From the NCBI RefSeq assembly GCF_025526975.1, contig NW_026515695.1, forward strand, positions 310,001-374,000: a DNA stretch of 64,000 nucleotides, read 5' to 3'. The notes beneath the pieces were generated by a model. The model saw nothing but the letters and a program-made list of their open reading frames with translations. It made no database searches and was not told the origin of the DNA. Below, one piece after another: positions 38,427 to 51,090 of the stretch. The DNA comes from Fimicolochytrium jonesii. Taxonomy: Eukaryota. Numbering within the stretch: position 1 is the stretch's first letter; the number at the start of each line of letters is the position of its first letter. Position numbers and translations under genes: made by a program.

Positions 38427-41400
38427 TTACACCCGCTGCACGTAATTAGCAGGAAACGCGCCGGTCTGCCCATTCAACTCTCCTACGAACCAATCCGAAT
38501 CCTAAATGCCCCCCAAATCAGTTTTAAGATCCTTCCCCATCTGCGAATGGAAGACACAACAGCTGCTAGAACGTACCGAAGAATCAGTCAACCGAATGAT
38601 CGCGCCTGCCTTGAAACTGATCTCGTCCGGTGCGCCGGCTGTGTAGTCGTACAGCGCTTTCACTACAAAAAAGGATCCCAAATATCAACCACCGTCCCCT
38701 TGCACTTTGTTATGACTTGAGGTCTCCATGGAAATCGGCGACGTCATCTCCGTCGTTTCCAAAAACACGGGGAGCGATGCGTGGTGGGAGGGCGAGAGTT
38801 CGCGGGGGAAGGTAACATAACTTCATTCTTTTTACGTACCTTGAGGCGTAGCAGCGACGGCGGCGGCGGGAACGATTGAGGCACGGTGGGATGCTAACTA
38901 CGGTGGGGAGAGAAGAACAGAGTGTGTGTATTAATATGTGAGGGCCGGTGTGTGCAGGGTACCGAGAGGGACATGTGATACATACACCCGAAAGAGGCCT
39001 CGCATTATCCTCAATCTGCTCGACATAATTCACCGGGAACTGGCCCTACGACACAAAAACACATGTCAATGACCATCAACATACATCAGGCAGCGCACAT
39101 GTGATGAAGTTATGTTACCTTCCCCCGCGAACTCTCGCCCTCCCACCACGCATCGCTCCCCGTGTTTTTGGAAACGACGGAGATGACGTCGCCGATTTCC
39201 ATGGAGAGCTCGCCGTCGCAGGTGCTTTGGTAGGCGAAGAGGGCTCGTACTACAAAAGGGGGTGGTAAATCACAGGTGTACGGTTGATGCATGGGCAAAG
39301 TACAGAATTCCCATCCCAAAGTCTGCCATCTCACTCACCTCTCACACCCGCACTGGCAGCCGAACTCGCGCTGACACCCGCACTCTTAGCCGGCAGAGCA
39401 CTCGTCCTCCTACTCATCATACTTTCCCTCCTACTCGCCGCCGCCTGGGCCACACTCTCCACGCCCGCAGGCCTTCCAAGACTCGGCAACGCACCGCCAC
39501 CAAACCCATTATCCAACCCCTGCAGCGCCTGCCACCCCTGCGTGAACACAATGGGGAACTGGCCGGATTGGTTGGTACGCGGTAACCGCCCCTCCCACCA
39601 AGCCTCGTCGCTGAAATCGTTGCCCGTGTCGAGAACGTCGATAATGTCGCCGGCTTTGAAGGTTAGTTCGCCTTCGTCGGTGGCTGTAAAGTCGTAGATC
39701 GCTTTCACTGTATATGGGGATCGACATGTCAGGACGAACGAATCGACATGTCCGAGACGTTCCCGGCCAAACTGCATCTCGAGCAAGCTAGGACATGCCC
39801 AGAAACGTCGCCAAATGCATACCTTGTCGAGCCCCACCCCCACCCCCCGCCGTCGTAATCACCGATGCCCGTTTCGACATCGCCGCCGCCGCCTGATTCA
39901 CAACCACACCTCCCGCACCCGCAGCCCCACTTCCACCACCCACAATCTCCTTGATATAAGTCGCCGGCACAAGCCCACTCGCCCCACCCGCCACATTGCG
40001 CACTTTAATCCACCCATCCTTCTCCGGGACCAGAACCACGAGCTCGTCGCCGCTACGGAGGGATATTTCCCCGTCGCCTTTAGCGTCGTAGTCGTAGACG
40101 GCGTGGGCGGTCGGTTTGTCGAGGTGGGAGGGGTGGTGGGCTCCTGCGCTGCCAGGGGTGGCGGCGGTGGGAAGGGCAGGCATTATGGGTTGCACTGTGC
40201 TCGAGCAAGGTGCGGAGGGTGAGAATGTACAGCGATACCATTTGGGACTGCAAAACGTTGGACGCACCTCCTTTTTCTTGAAGAACCTGCACTTGTGCGC
40301 TCGTCCTCGCCTTGAGCGCCGTCAAAAGCCTCAAAGAATTCTCGATCTCCTGTCGTTGCTGCATTCCGAGGCCCACAAACATCAGCCCCTCTATCTCGCT
40401 CGAGACACAGGGTCATGTAATCCCCTCCTACCTCCAGCGGTGACGCGGCATTCCCAAAGGATGGAGTCTGTGCATAGACGTCCGCCATTTGAGCCACGCC
40501 GCCGAGTTCGCGTTCCCGCTGTCCAATGTCGCTGATCACCTGGCTCTCCTGGACTTTCAGCCGGCCTAGGCGGTGGCCCAGGGCTACTTTGGTCACATCG
40601 TCGACAATGATTTCGGTGACCTTTCCCGAAAAAACGTATCAGCCCAGCTGCATCAAGATAGGAAGCACCTCCAGAACCCCCAGGGCAACACTCACATCGT
40701 CACCAGCATGCGATTCGAAGTAGAACGTGCTCGGATCCTGAAACACGCCCTGATGTTCCCGCATGAACGCTTCCGACTCTTTCCCGCGCTCCATCCCTTT
40801 GACCGTCTCGCGCAATGTCTCGACGGCGCTGTTCAACACCGCTGTGAATTCGCTTTCCATGTTTGTGTATTTGTCCAGGGCGGAGGGGTAGGCGCTGTAG
40901 AAGCTTCCGTCGAGGTTCTTTTCGAGTGTCCAAGGTGGATTAGCTTTGTCATTTTGACATAAGTCTGCGACTTGCGGCATACCTGCATGAGTTGCGGTAG
41001 TTCCTCTGTAAAGCCGAACAGCAAAGTCGTTTAACAACACGAGCAGTCATCGATCGCGTGACACGTTTCAATTACCTTTATAGTAAGTTTGTTGGATCGA
41101 ATTCACAGCTTGCAATGCGAGCAGATACTCATTCCGAGCATCATTGAGCTTCCTGCTCAACGACTTCCACTTGCTCCTTTGCTAAGAAACGCAGAGTCAG
41201 CTTTCTCTGCTACCTATGTCCCCTTCGAGCCACGTTCCAACAGCCGAGCCGCCATATGCACCTTCGACACCCTTTCTTCCGAATCCGTCCCGGTGACCAA
41301 GTTTTTGATAGCGCTCAGCCCCGATCCCGGCTTCCGCGAAATCTCGTCGTATTTGCGATGCGCGGCGTCCGTTTCTTTTGCGGCTTTCTCATAAGCCTGC

Positions 41401-42280
41401 TTTGTCTTTTCCAGATCGTCGTAGGTCGCCCATAACTCTTGCTGGTATCTGCTCTGTTGTGCGATGCCAGTTGGGAGTCAATGTTGCCCGTTTCCACACT
41501 CTGTACTCGTTAGAGGCATGCCACTTACACCAAAATCCAGATTCTAAAAATGAAGCAGGTTGAGTGACCGCGTTACCCTAGGGCATCAACGAAATGTCCA
41601 ACCACATACCCGCTTCGCCCCGCCGCCCTGACTCTTCGTGAAATCCTTCAAAAAGTCCGCAATCTCGGCATTCAGCTGGTCACCAATCTGCCCGCGTTTC
41701 CTCGCCTGCTTCTCCGATTCCAATAACACTGTCGAGAAGGCGACATAGATCGCTCTAATAGACCGAGGTAAGAGGGCGTGGTTCAAAGGTCAACCCGATC
41801 GTACGCTCACTCGACGAGTGCAGCAGCAGGGCTATTTACCTTACCCTACAGCAGAGTCCCCACTAAGCGGTGTCTGGTTCGGCGTGCCAGACGCCGTACT
41901 GCGCTTGAACTTTTTGGTTTGGTACTGCTTTCCGAGCTTTTCCAGGCTCTAATATTCAGCGCATGCATTAGTTTCCCCGATGATCTTGTGCCGACGCGCG
42001 GAATATGGAACACGGCGTAAGAAACAACACTTACAGTTGCATATTGAGCCTCGATCTCTGCTCGTCTCTAAAAGACCATGGGTATTAGGAAGAACTCCGT
42101 GATTCATAACATGACCAGCATCACATCGTGAGCCCCTTCTCAACCAACCTTGAAATACGCGCCGACAACCTCGAGCAGCTCGACCTCAGCATCTGCCTTA
42201 GCCTGCAGACGAGACAGCTGTTGCTGCTGCTGGGCCTTGAGCTGCTTGAGGATGCCCTTCGTGTCTGACTGGGCGGCCAT
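38427..42280 (-). CDS. F-BAR protein with four SH3 domains (Bzz1/FCHSD-like)
   Basis: N-terminal F-BAR helices (AEYARR..AEY.SL.KL), an HR1-like coil (MADVYAQTPSFGNA) and four SH3 cores: AVYDYDA..GLVPATYI; AIYDFTA..GQFPIVF; ALFAYQS..GQFPVNYV; ALYDYTA..GAFPANYV. Confidence 0.88.
38723..39207. repeat. Perfect 104-bp inverted repeat (arms 38723-38826 and 39104-39207)
   Basis: Base-by-base reverse-complement identity of the arms, with a 277-bp spacer. Confidence 0.97.
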
Positions 42281-42840
42281 TGCGGCGGGAATGTGGAGTG
42301 CGGGGGTTTTACAAGAGTTTGTGGAGAGGGAAACGGGTGGGAAAAGCGACCGCCAGAATGACAAGCCTCAAACCTCGGGCGTTCGAATGTGGGTTAGGGT
42401 TGGTGGGCGTCGCGAGTTCCACGTCCCACACTCACATCCGTGCAAAGTCCAGGAACATGCAGGTCACCCACTATAAGTTACTTCCGTTCCAATGTGCTGT
42501 ACATGAGAGGCAGTGCTAGCTATCTGACAAGATATCTATCGCTGAAAGGAGGGGCCTGCTGTCCATATCCGCCTCCTAAACGACCAACGACCTCGTCGAG
42601 GCAGAGCAGCCAAGACAACTCACATGTGGGTGAGTATGTTCAACCGTACGTTCGGCCCCACTTCACTGCGAGAGATGACGGCGAATAGCGAGAGCACAGG
42701 CTACTGGAGGCCGTCCGTCGCGATTGGCATATCGCAGCCTCCCAATTCCCGCCTTGCTGTGTCCTCCCCAACCGGCAATGCGCGTTGCAGCAGTCATGTG
42801 TACTTGCAGTGCTCCCCCCCCATCTCCAAATCATAATCCC

Positions 42841-44018
42841 TCATGCCTCATCTCCATCCGCAATCGCGCCATGCTCCCTCACGATCCTCCCCTCAATAGT
42901 TGATCTCATCAGTTGATGCACGGTTGTGACCGCCGACAGAGCCATGTTGTATGCGTTATCGAACTTTGGAAAGTGTATGAGTATGTGAGACGGAGTGACG
43001 GAGCGGACATGGACTGGGAAAGGAGGGGAGGGTTGCTTTTACCTCGTTTTCAGTGAAACTGCCTGTGCAAAGTGTCGCCATAGCGCCGTCCGAGGCGTTG
43101 TCAAAGACAAAGGTATGTATTGATTTCGCGGACTGCATGCATCAAGAGCTCGAGATTCAGCATTTCCCAACCGGTGATCTTTCATCCACGCAAAACGCAA
43201 TTCCATCCTCACCTCAAGCTCCACCAAACTAGGATCTAGCAACAACACCCCATCTTGCGCAATCATACACGTTACCCCCGCCGGAACCGCACGTAAAGGG
43301 ATTCCTGCATCGATCAGCGCCAACGTCGCTGCGTTTACCGCCGACGGGATTATCTATTCGCAAACCGTTTCAGTAATCGCAATCTTCTTTGCAAAGCTGC
43401 GAAAGTATGCAAAAGATGTTGAAATTGCTACTCACCCCTCCATCGTCCGTCAAGACCTGCAACACGATCCGAATAAGCGTCCGCGGGTGTAATGCAGCGA
43501 GGATCGACGCTTCGACTGTCTGGCGGATCATGGCCCCGTATAACATTTCCGTCGTTGCTATCAGAAAAACAGGTCAGAAGAACTCTCGCAAAGTGAGCGG
43601 TGTTCCCGAATGGATGAATACATGGATCGTACTTACAGGTCTGGCCCGAAGCGGTTTTGACAATAACCTCCACCGTCGCCTTGTCCAGCTTCTCGTCCCT
43701 GATCTTCACTTCCATGGGTCCAAACACCGAACACAGCACCGCCGTGTCACCTATAGAGGAAACGTGAGAACATGACATTCAACAAGTTGGCGTTCGGAAG
43801 AGTCTCCTCAATGCCTCCTCTCTCTTATTGCTCTCGTTGTACGTGGTGTTGAAGGTGGCAAGTAGAAAATCGGCACATACACCTAACAACATACCGAACT
43901 TGAACCTCACCGACCCGTCCGCGCGACTCAGCAGCGCAGAGCTGCAGTAGAAGGGCCGCAGCTCGTGGGCGGACTGGCGCTTGTCTGGGCGTAACCTTGT
44001 TGTTGTTGTGGTCGTCAT
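42841..44018 (-). CDS. RRP46: RNA exosome subunit Rrp46 (RNase PH fold)
   Basis: LLSRADGSVRFKF|GDTAVLCSVFGPMEVKIRDEKLDKATVEV and NAATLALIDAGIPL. Multi-exon. Confidence 0.9.
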
Positions 44019-44356
44019 TCTTGGTTGGGGATAGTGCGAATTCGATGCTGGCGGGACGCTAATGGAAGTTCCAATATCGAAAGGGGTTCTCGTTTTGGAC
44101 GACGCGACAGGAGTTGCTTTCTTCCCAGCTTTCTTCCCAACAGCGACTCCTTCAAACAGTTCTTGAGCACGGTACTCAGCGCTGAAGGACCGTAGTCACA
44201 GACGGACGGGTGGAACAGGCAGGGCAGAGACGGGCGCTTGAACTGACGGTCGGGCGGCTAAAGTGGCGACGGACGCAACGACGAAGGAATCAGGAAAAGA
44301 CCTCCGACGCTGGACATCGGACCCTCAACCCAACAATCTATTACAGTACCTTCGCC

Positions 44357-45280
44357 ATGCCCTTCGCACCCCGCCACCTCCTCCTCCTCGTCTCCGGCGC
44401 CGGCGTATATTCCCTCGGCATCTACACCGCCTACCATTCCTACCGCATCTACTCTCTCCCCCCACCCCCACCGCTCATCCACACCCCCGCCTTCCAACGC
44501 CAGCTCCAGCCCACCACCACCGGAATCCTCGATCGAGTCGGTCCCGACGCATACGATGCAGAAGTCGGCGGCCACGAAGTCCTCATGCGGATGGGCGCCC
44601 GCCGGAAAGAGCTGGTGGCGAGAGCACGGGGGAAGGTGTTGGAGGTGTCAGCGGGCACGGGGCGGAACGTGGCGTATTACAAGGGTCTGCAGGGCGTGGT
44701 GGACGAGCTGTGCATGAGCGATGTGAGCGAGGTGATGTTGAGGGGCGCGTGGGAGAGGTGGAAGGAGGTTGTGGGTAGGGATGGGGTGAAGCCGAAAACG
44801 CAAGCGGGTGGAAACATCACCATCGACACCGCCAAGCTGAGCACGACTACATCACCACCCAATGCGAAACCGGCCACCAGCTACCCCCCCACAACCTTTG
44901 CCCTCCTCAACGCCGAAAACCTCGCCCCGATCCCCACACATAGCTACGACACGGTGGTCTCCACCCTCGGGCTCTGTTCCTACGACGACCCCGTTGCGGC
45001 CCTGCGCGAGTTCTCCCGCGTCACCAACCCCGCGACGGGCCGCATTTTGCTGCTCGAGCACGGCCGCAGTAATGAATACGGGGCTATGGACGCGTTTTTG
45101 GATAAGACGGCGCTGAGTCATGCCAGGGAGTGGGGGTGTTGGTGGAACAGGGATATTGAAGCACTGGTAGACGAGGCGGGGCTGGTGGTGGAGGAACGGA
45201 GGAAGTTTCATCTGGGGACTACGACTTGGTTGGTTTGTCGCCCGGGCCCGACGAGGGGCGAGGCTGCTGCTGCGGGTTGA
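44357..45280 (+). CDS. OMS1: Oms1/METTL7-like SAM methyltransferase
   Basis: ARGKVLEVSAGTGRN, YDTVVSTLGLCSYDDPV, ILLLEHGRS, WGCWWNRDI and RKFHLGTT. Confidence 0.88.
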   Translation: MPFAPRHLLLLVSGAGVYSLGIYTAYHSYRIYSLPPPPPLIHTPAFQRQLQPTTTGILDRVGPDAYDAEVGGHEVLMRMGARRKELVARARGKVLEVSAGTGRNVAYYKGLQGVVDELCMSDVSEVMLRGAWERWKEVVGRDGVKPKTQAGGNITIDTAKLSTTTSPPNAKPATSYPPTTFALLNAENLAPIPTHSYDTVVSTLGLCSYDDPVAALREFSRVTNPATGRILLLEHGRSNEYGAMDAFLDKTALSHAREWGCWWNRDIEALVDEAGLVVEERRKFHLGTTTWLVCRPGPTRGEAAAAG

Positions 45281-46424
45281 TGGGCAACGGATTGGGACGA
45301 GCCGCACCACACCCAGTGTGCGAAACTTTGACCGCCCTTGATGATTTGAAGATACAATGTGGCCCATCACGGTTGAGCGCCTACCGTCTCGGCTATCCAC
45401 GCCCACCGCCAACGTGCAAATGCCTGCGAAAACACTGGAGCGCTTCACAACCGGCCACAACCGCTCGAACAATGGACCGCGCAGTCCACATTGCGCGCTC
45501 TGAGGAGGAACCGAGCGGATTCATCACCCGCAGACCGCCCATCATCATCATCCCAACACACCGGCGGCGCCCAAAGAGGGGTCCGTGGCAACGCGGCGTG
45601 GTTTGGCAGGACACACCCGGACGGACGGGCACCGAAAGCGAACGCATTGTCGGTTCATCGTTTGGGGAGGCACACACGAGCGGCCGGGGCCTTGCACTTG
45701 TATCAACACGATGTAGACCCTTTTCTCGTAGCATAGGCAGAACATATCGAGGATGTTTTAGATGTGATCATCATCTCTTTTCAGTCGAAAAGGCGAAACG
45801 TGGCGGAAGACGGCTGAGAGTGTGAGTGTGCATCTCACCTGCCTTCACCAGCGGCAAGCGGGACACCGGCGATACCAGACCAGTTGCCCGTTGCTGGGTT
45901 CTGCCGTAACCGCACGACCCAACAAACCAGCCCGTTTAACAAGGAATGCGGGCTGGAATACCCTCGAAGATCCCATACGGTCGGGAACGCATGTATGCAA
46001 ATCTCGAGAGTGGGCCCCCCTCCTGCCGACACATATCGGGCGTCGGGGCACGACGTGCAGTTGTGAAAGCTCACCCCGACGCCGCCAGACAAAGGCAATG
46101 GCAACCTTCCTCAGGAGGTTGCAAAGGCGAAGCCATGCCATTTTTTCACCGCTTTTCCGTGAGATAGTCTCGCTGGTCTTTGTTGACACAACCTGCTGTC
46201 AGATCACAGCTTTGTTTCCCAAGACGCGTCGAAAACGCGTAAACGTGGATCAGATAAGCATTGACGGCCACCGTCCAACAAACGCACAGGGGGCGTGGTG
46301 GGGACCCGACCAGCGCCAAGCATATCACTATGCACCTTGAACATGTTCATTGGCCTCAGAAAAATACATACGAGATCCCCAAAAAAGTCAACGCTCTATA
46401 CACTCCTTTCTATCATCTAACGCT

Positions 46425-47693
46425 CTACCCTTCACAGATACCCTTCTGCATCCTAACCACAAAAAAGCCCTCATACAATTCATCCGGAAACACCCGCAGC
46501 GCCATCTCCATCCCGCCCGCAGCCCTCTCGCCCTTCGTCTCCGCCAACCCGGCCGAAAACGCCTTCTCGCCTCCCCGATCCCTCATCTCCCCCAACCCGC
46601 CCGCCAGCTCGACAATCTTCATATCGCCCGCCTCCGCCAGAAACGCGCTCACGACACCCTCGTTCTCCTCCCAGCTCAGAGTGCATGTCGAGTAGGTTAG
46701 GTGTCCGCCCGGGGAGAGGAGGGCGTGGGCGGCGTGGAGGAGTTGGAGCTGGAGGCGGGCGTGTTTGAGGACCCAGGTCGGGGTCCAGTGGGTGTAGGTG
46801 GCGGGCTGGGCGAGGGCGATTGTGCCGGAGCCGGAGCAGGGGGCGTCGAGGAGGATGGATGTGAACAGGGTTGCGGGGTGTGGTTGGGGTTGTTGTGAGG
46901 GTGGGGCTGGTGAGACGCCGGCGGGGGGCGGATTGTAGAACGCTGGCAGTTTCCGCCCGTCTTTGATCTGAACATGGACGAGATGCCGTAGATGTGCAGG
47001 TACGAGTGTGTCCATGTTGGTCGTGAGACGCTGGGCGCGCTCGTGCTCGATTTCGTTGGCTACCACCATACCCTTCCCATCCCTCGCACCCTTCACATCT
47101 CGACTCCCACCCAACGACCCGACAACCCCCTCAACAAGCATCCCCGTCTTCCCCCCCGGCGCTGCACACATGTCCAACACCCTCTCCCCCCTCCCCACAC
47201 CAGCAGCCAGCGGCGGTAACATGGAGCTCCAACCCTGGAAATGCACGAGCCCCATTTTGACGACGGGTAAATGGGCGAGATGCCGCACATCGATGAAAGG
47301 CGAGGCGGCGTCGTTGCGGAGCCCGAAAGCAGTGCGTGGTGCGAACGGGGCTGGTGTGAGTCGTTTGGAGCGGTGTTTGGGGGAGAGGGAGGATGTGAGT
47401 TGGGAGAGGATGCGGGTGCGTTCGGTGTGGTGGGGGTCTTTGTCGTTCGTCCTGTATTCCCTTTTCTTAACTCCCTCCTCATTCGACGACGCCCCATCCC
47501 CCTCACCGTCCATCAACCCCAAACCCAGTTTCAGCGTATTGATCCTAAACGTCGTCTGGCGAGGGTTTGCGAACGCGACGGCGAGTGCATCGAGCTGGGT
47601 GGGGGTGTAGATGGAGGCGAGATGGGTGAAGAGGGGACGGAGTTTTGCGCGGGTTTTTGATATTGAAGTCGTGACGTCTTTTGCGATGTGCAT
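46425..47693 (-). CDS. RsmB/RsmF/NOP2-family RNA m5C methyltransferase, intronless
   Basis: TTFRINTLK, QGWSSMLPP, VLDMCAAPGGKT, LLDAPCSGSG, YSTCTLSWEENEGVV and YEGFFV. Confidence 0.92.
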   Translation of the reverse strand: MHIAKDVTTSISKTRAKLRPLFTHLASIYTPTQLDALAVAFANPRQTTFRINTLKLGLGLMDGEGDGASSNEEGVKKREYRTNDKDPHHTERTRILSQLTSSLSPKHRSKRLTPAPFAPRTAFGLRNDAASPFIDVRHLAHLPVVKMGLVHFQGWSSMLPPLAAGVGRGERVLDMCAAPGGKTGMLVEGVVGSLGGSRDVKGARDGKGMVVANEIEHERAQRLTTNMDTLVPAHLRHLVHVQIKDGRKLPAFYNPPPAGVSPAPPSQQPQPHPATLFTSILLDAPCSGSGTIALAQPATYTHWTPTWVLKHARLQLQLLHAAHALLSPGGHLTYSTCTLSWEENEGVVSAFLAEAGDMKIVELAGGLGEMRDRGGEKAFSAGLAETKGERAAGGMEMALRVFPDELYEGFFVVRMQKGICEG

Positions 47694-48398
47694 GCGTGTG
47701 GTGGGTTCAGCGTTCGTTGGTACGTGTTGACGCTGAAGCGACTGTGGGAGGAGCCTGATTTGGGAGAAACGCCCAGAGAAGAGGGGGGAGGGACCTTGAG
47801 AACACGCGCGGGTCCAGTGGGGTTGAACATGAGAACGCGGCCTGAGGCGGCTTTCTGACTTCTTGCGACATGAGAACACGCGTCCTCCTTCCGCGGGTAA
47901 AGCGAGTCTAAGAGAACTTTCGCTCCCTTTGACCGCGTCCTGTCTTCCTGCGCGTCACTCGCACTCTCAAGTCCCTCCTGCGGTACGTTAGGTGGGTGAG
48001 TGGGTGATGAGGCTGGGCGCGGCGGCTGGCTTCCAGAACACAACAGAAAAACCCCATATAACTCGTCAGCCTTCCTCCTTCCCCAGACTTATACTCCCAC
48101 AGCGGTTCCCCTTCACTCGCTATTCTCCACTCTGCTCTTCGTCTCAGGTATGTTCACACCGCAGGCCGTGAGAACACCCTACCCTGTGTTACGTGTATGG
48201 GAGGGGAATACGAACAGGGGCGATGGCCAAGATGGGGACGAGAGAAGCCTCACTTGTTCCTGTCGAATCCTTGGATATCCGATCGCTTAGGAACTGCACC
48301 TATATATATCGAACAGAAACTTATAACCCTTGCCCTACACTCTTCTCCCTTCCAGCGTCCAACACGATCTCCGCATCGTACAGTGGCCCACCACCACC

Positions 48399-51090
48399 AT
48401 GATCACAACCGTAGCAATGTGGCTCGGCCTCGCCTTTGCCCTCCCCATCTACCTCTTTGGCTCCCACCACGGCAAGCCCCGCTCAATCGAAGCAGGCTCC
48501 ACCACCTCCTCCGACCGCTCAAAAGCCCGTCGCGCACCCAAAGCTGCCCAAAAACTCACAGAACGTCCTTACGACGACGTCAACACCGTTCATGATATCA
48601 TCCTCCATGCTGCAAAGACGCGCGGTAACAACCCGGCCATGGGTGCTAGGAAGGTCGTGAATACCGTTACGGAGGAGAAGGAGTTGATCAAGAACGTGGA
48701 TGGGAAACAGGTCAAGGAGTTGAAGAAGTGGAACTTTTATGAATTGAGCGCCTATCAGTGGATGACCTTTAATGAGGTCAAGGAGGCGGTTGAATTGTTG
48801 GGGAGTGGACTCAGGAAGGTGGGGTTGAAGAGTGGCGATAGCTTGACCTTGTTTGCTGCTACCAGGTGAGTCACCGTGAACGAACTCCTTTGCGAGCGAC
48901 AGCGAGCGGAGTGAGCTAGCGCCAGAGGCGCAATACTCCTTTAGCCATGGCTCTTAGTGAGCCTCAGCGAGCGCTCCCGCCCACCGACATCTCGCTGACG
49001 CTCGGACACCGCCTTCGGCTTTTGCATTCTTCGCGTTCGTCGTTGGTCGATCGTTGACATGCACAGCCAAATCACTCACTTCGTTCCTTATTCCTTATTC
49101 CTAGTCGCGACTGGCAGCTGATGGCCCACGCGGCATGGTCGCAAGCCATCACAATCACAACCGCATACGACACCCTCGGCGAAGAAGGTCTCACCTTCTC
49201 CCTCAACGAATGCTCCATCACGACCCTCTTCACCAACGCTGATCTCCTCCGCGTCATCCTCTCCGTCGGCAGCAATGTGCCCACCCTCAGCAAGATCATC
49301 TACAACGGCCAGGCGGACGAGAAAATTGTCGGGCAGATCAAGCAGAAGTTCCCCCATTATGAGCTGTACTCGATTGAAAAGTTGAGGGAACTGGGGACCC
49401 AGAATAAGGTGGAGACTGTGCCTCCGAAGCCGGAGGATATTGCTTTGATCATGTACACTTCTGGTAAGCCAAAGAGAGCGGTTCCTCCGTGCCCCAAGAC
49501 GATTCCCTGATTGTTCATATTGCATTCCCAGGCTCCACAGGCAACCCCAAAGGCGTCCTCCTAACCCACGCCAACATCGTCGCCGCCGTCGGCGGCGCAA
49601 AAGACGTCACGGACACCATCCTCAACCACGGCGAAGAGGTCTACCTCGCCTACCTCCCTCTAGCGCATGTGCTCGAGCTGGTCGTGGAACAGCTGTGCCT
49701 GTGCGAAGGTTACCGCATCGGATACGGGAGCGTGAGGACACTGACGGATGCGAATGTGCGCAACTGTAAAGGCGATTTGACTGAGTTGAGGCCGACTGTT
49801 ATGACGGGTGTGCCTGCTGTTTGGGAAACGTGAGTTGTGTGATTCGCGTAATTGAAGAGGGAGCTGCAAAGTCATCAGGACATCGCAACTCAAAAACTTC
49901 TCATTCCTTCAAAAGCATCCGCAAAGGCGTCTCCAGCAAGCTCAAGAACGCCTCCCCGCTCCTCAAGACCGTCTTCCAAGTCGCCTCCGCCCTGAAATGG
50001 GAGCTCATCAAACTGGGCCTTCCCACCGGCTTCATCGACAAGACGGTGTTCAAGAAGATCCAGGAGCAGACTGGGGGCAGGTTGAAGATTGCCCTGTCGG
50101 GGGGCGCGCCTATGCCCCAGGAGACGCAGAAGTTTATGACGACTTGTGTGTGCCCGATTGTGCAGGGTTATGGGATGACCGAAACTTGCGCGTATGTGGA
50201 TCGTACCTACCCAATGGTATCGGAACGCACGCTAATTGCCCTTTTTGTTTAGTGCAAGCGTCATCCAACTCCCCGCGGACCCCTGGATGCTCGGCCGCGT
50301 CGGCCCTCCCACCACCTGCGTCGAAATCTCCCTTAACGCCGTCGCCGACACCTCCTACCACCCCTCCAACCGCCCCTACCCCCAAGGCGAGGTCTGGATG
50401 CGTGGACCCACCATCATGAAAGGTTACCACAAGAACCCCGCTGCCACCACGGAGACCCTCACGTCGGACGGGTGGCTCATGACCGGCGACATTGGCGAGT
50501 TTTACCCCGATGGAACGCTGGCGATTATCGACCGGAAGAAGAATCTGGTCAAATTGTCGAATGGGGAGTATATCGCCCTGGAGAAGCTGGAGTCGCAGTA
50601 CAAGACCTCACCCTACGTGCACAACATCTGCGTGTACGCCAACTCCCACGAGTCCTTCCCCATCGCGATCGTCAACCCTCTCGAGAAGGAGGTGATGCAT
50701 TTGGCAAAGGAGAAGGGATTGGAGGGACACTTTGACGAGTTGTGCCACAACGAGGTGGTTGTAGGCGAGGTGTTGAAGAGTCTGAGAGCGGCGGCAAAGA
50801 GTGCCGGGTTCAAACCTGCGGAGATTCTGGGGAGCGTGGTGCTGGATAGTGAGATGTGGACGCCGGAGAATGGAAAGTTGGTATGTAACCCCCGTTTCTG
50901 ATCTTGCGGTTGGGGTTTGTGCAGGCGGGCGGGCGGGGTTGCCAGCTTCTGAACTAACTCCCCCGTTCCCCACGCTGTTGATGATTCGTTTTGGTATGAT
51001 AAGACCGCTGCACAGAAACTGAAACGCGCGGATATCGTCAAGGAGAACAAGGACAAGATTGACGCGATGTATAAAGCTGGACGGCAGTGA
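48399..51090 (+). CDS. Long-chain fatty acyl-CoA synthetase (Faa1/Faa4-like)
   Basis: IMYTSG|STGNPKGV, YLPLAHVLE, QGYGMTET, GWLMTGDIGE and IIDRKKNLVKLSNGEYIALEKLE. Confidence 0.96.

Noticed and set aside
38710..39033. Read-through ORF as the C-terminus of the F-BAR gene
   Set aside because: Canonical splice sites give a better product that includes a fourth SH3 domain.
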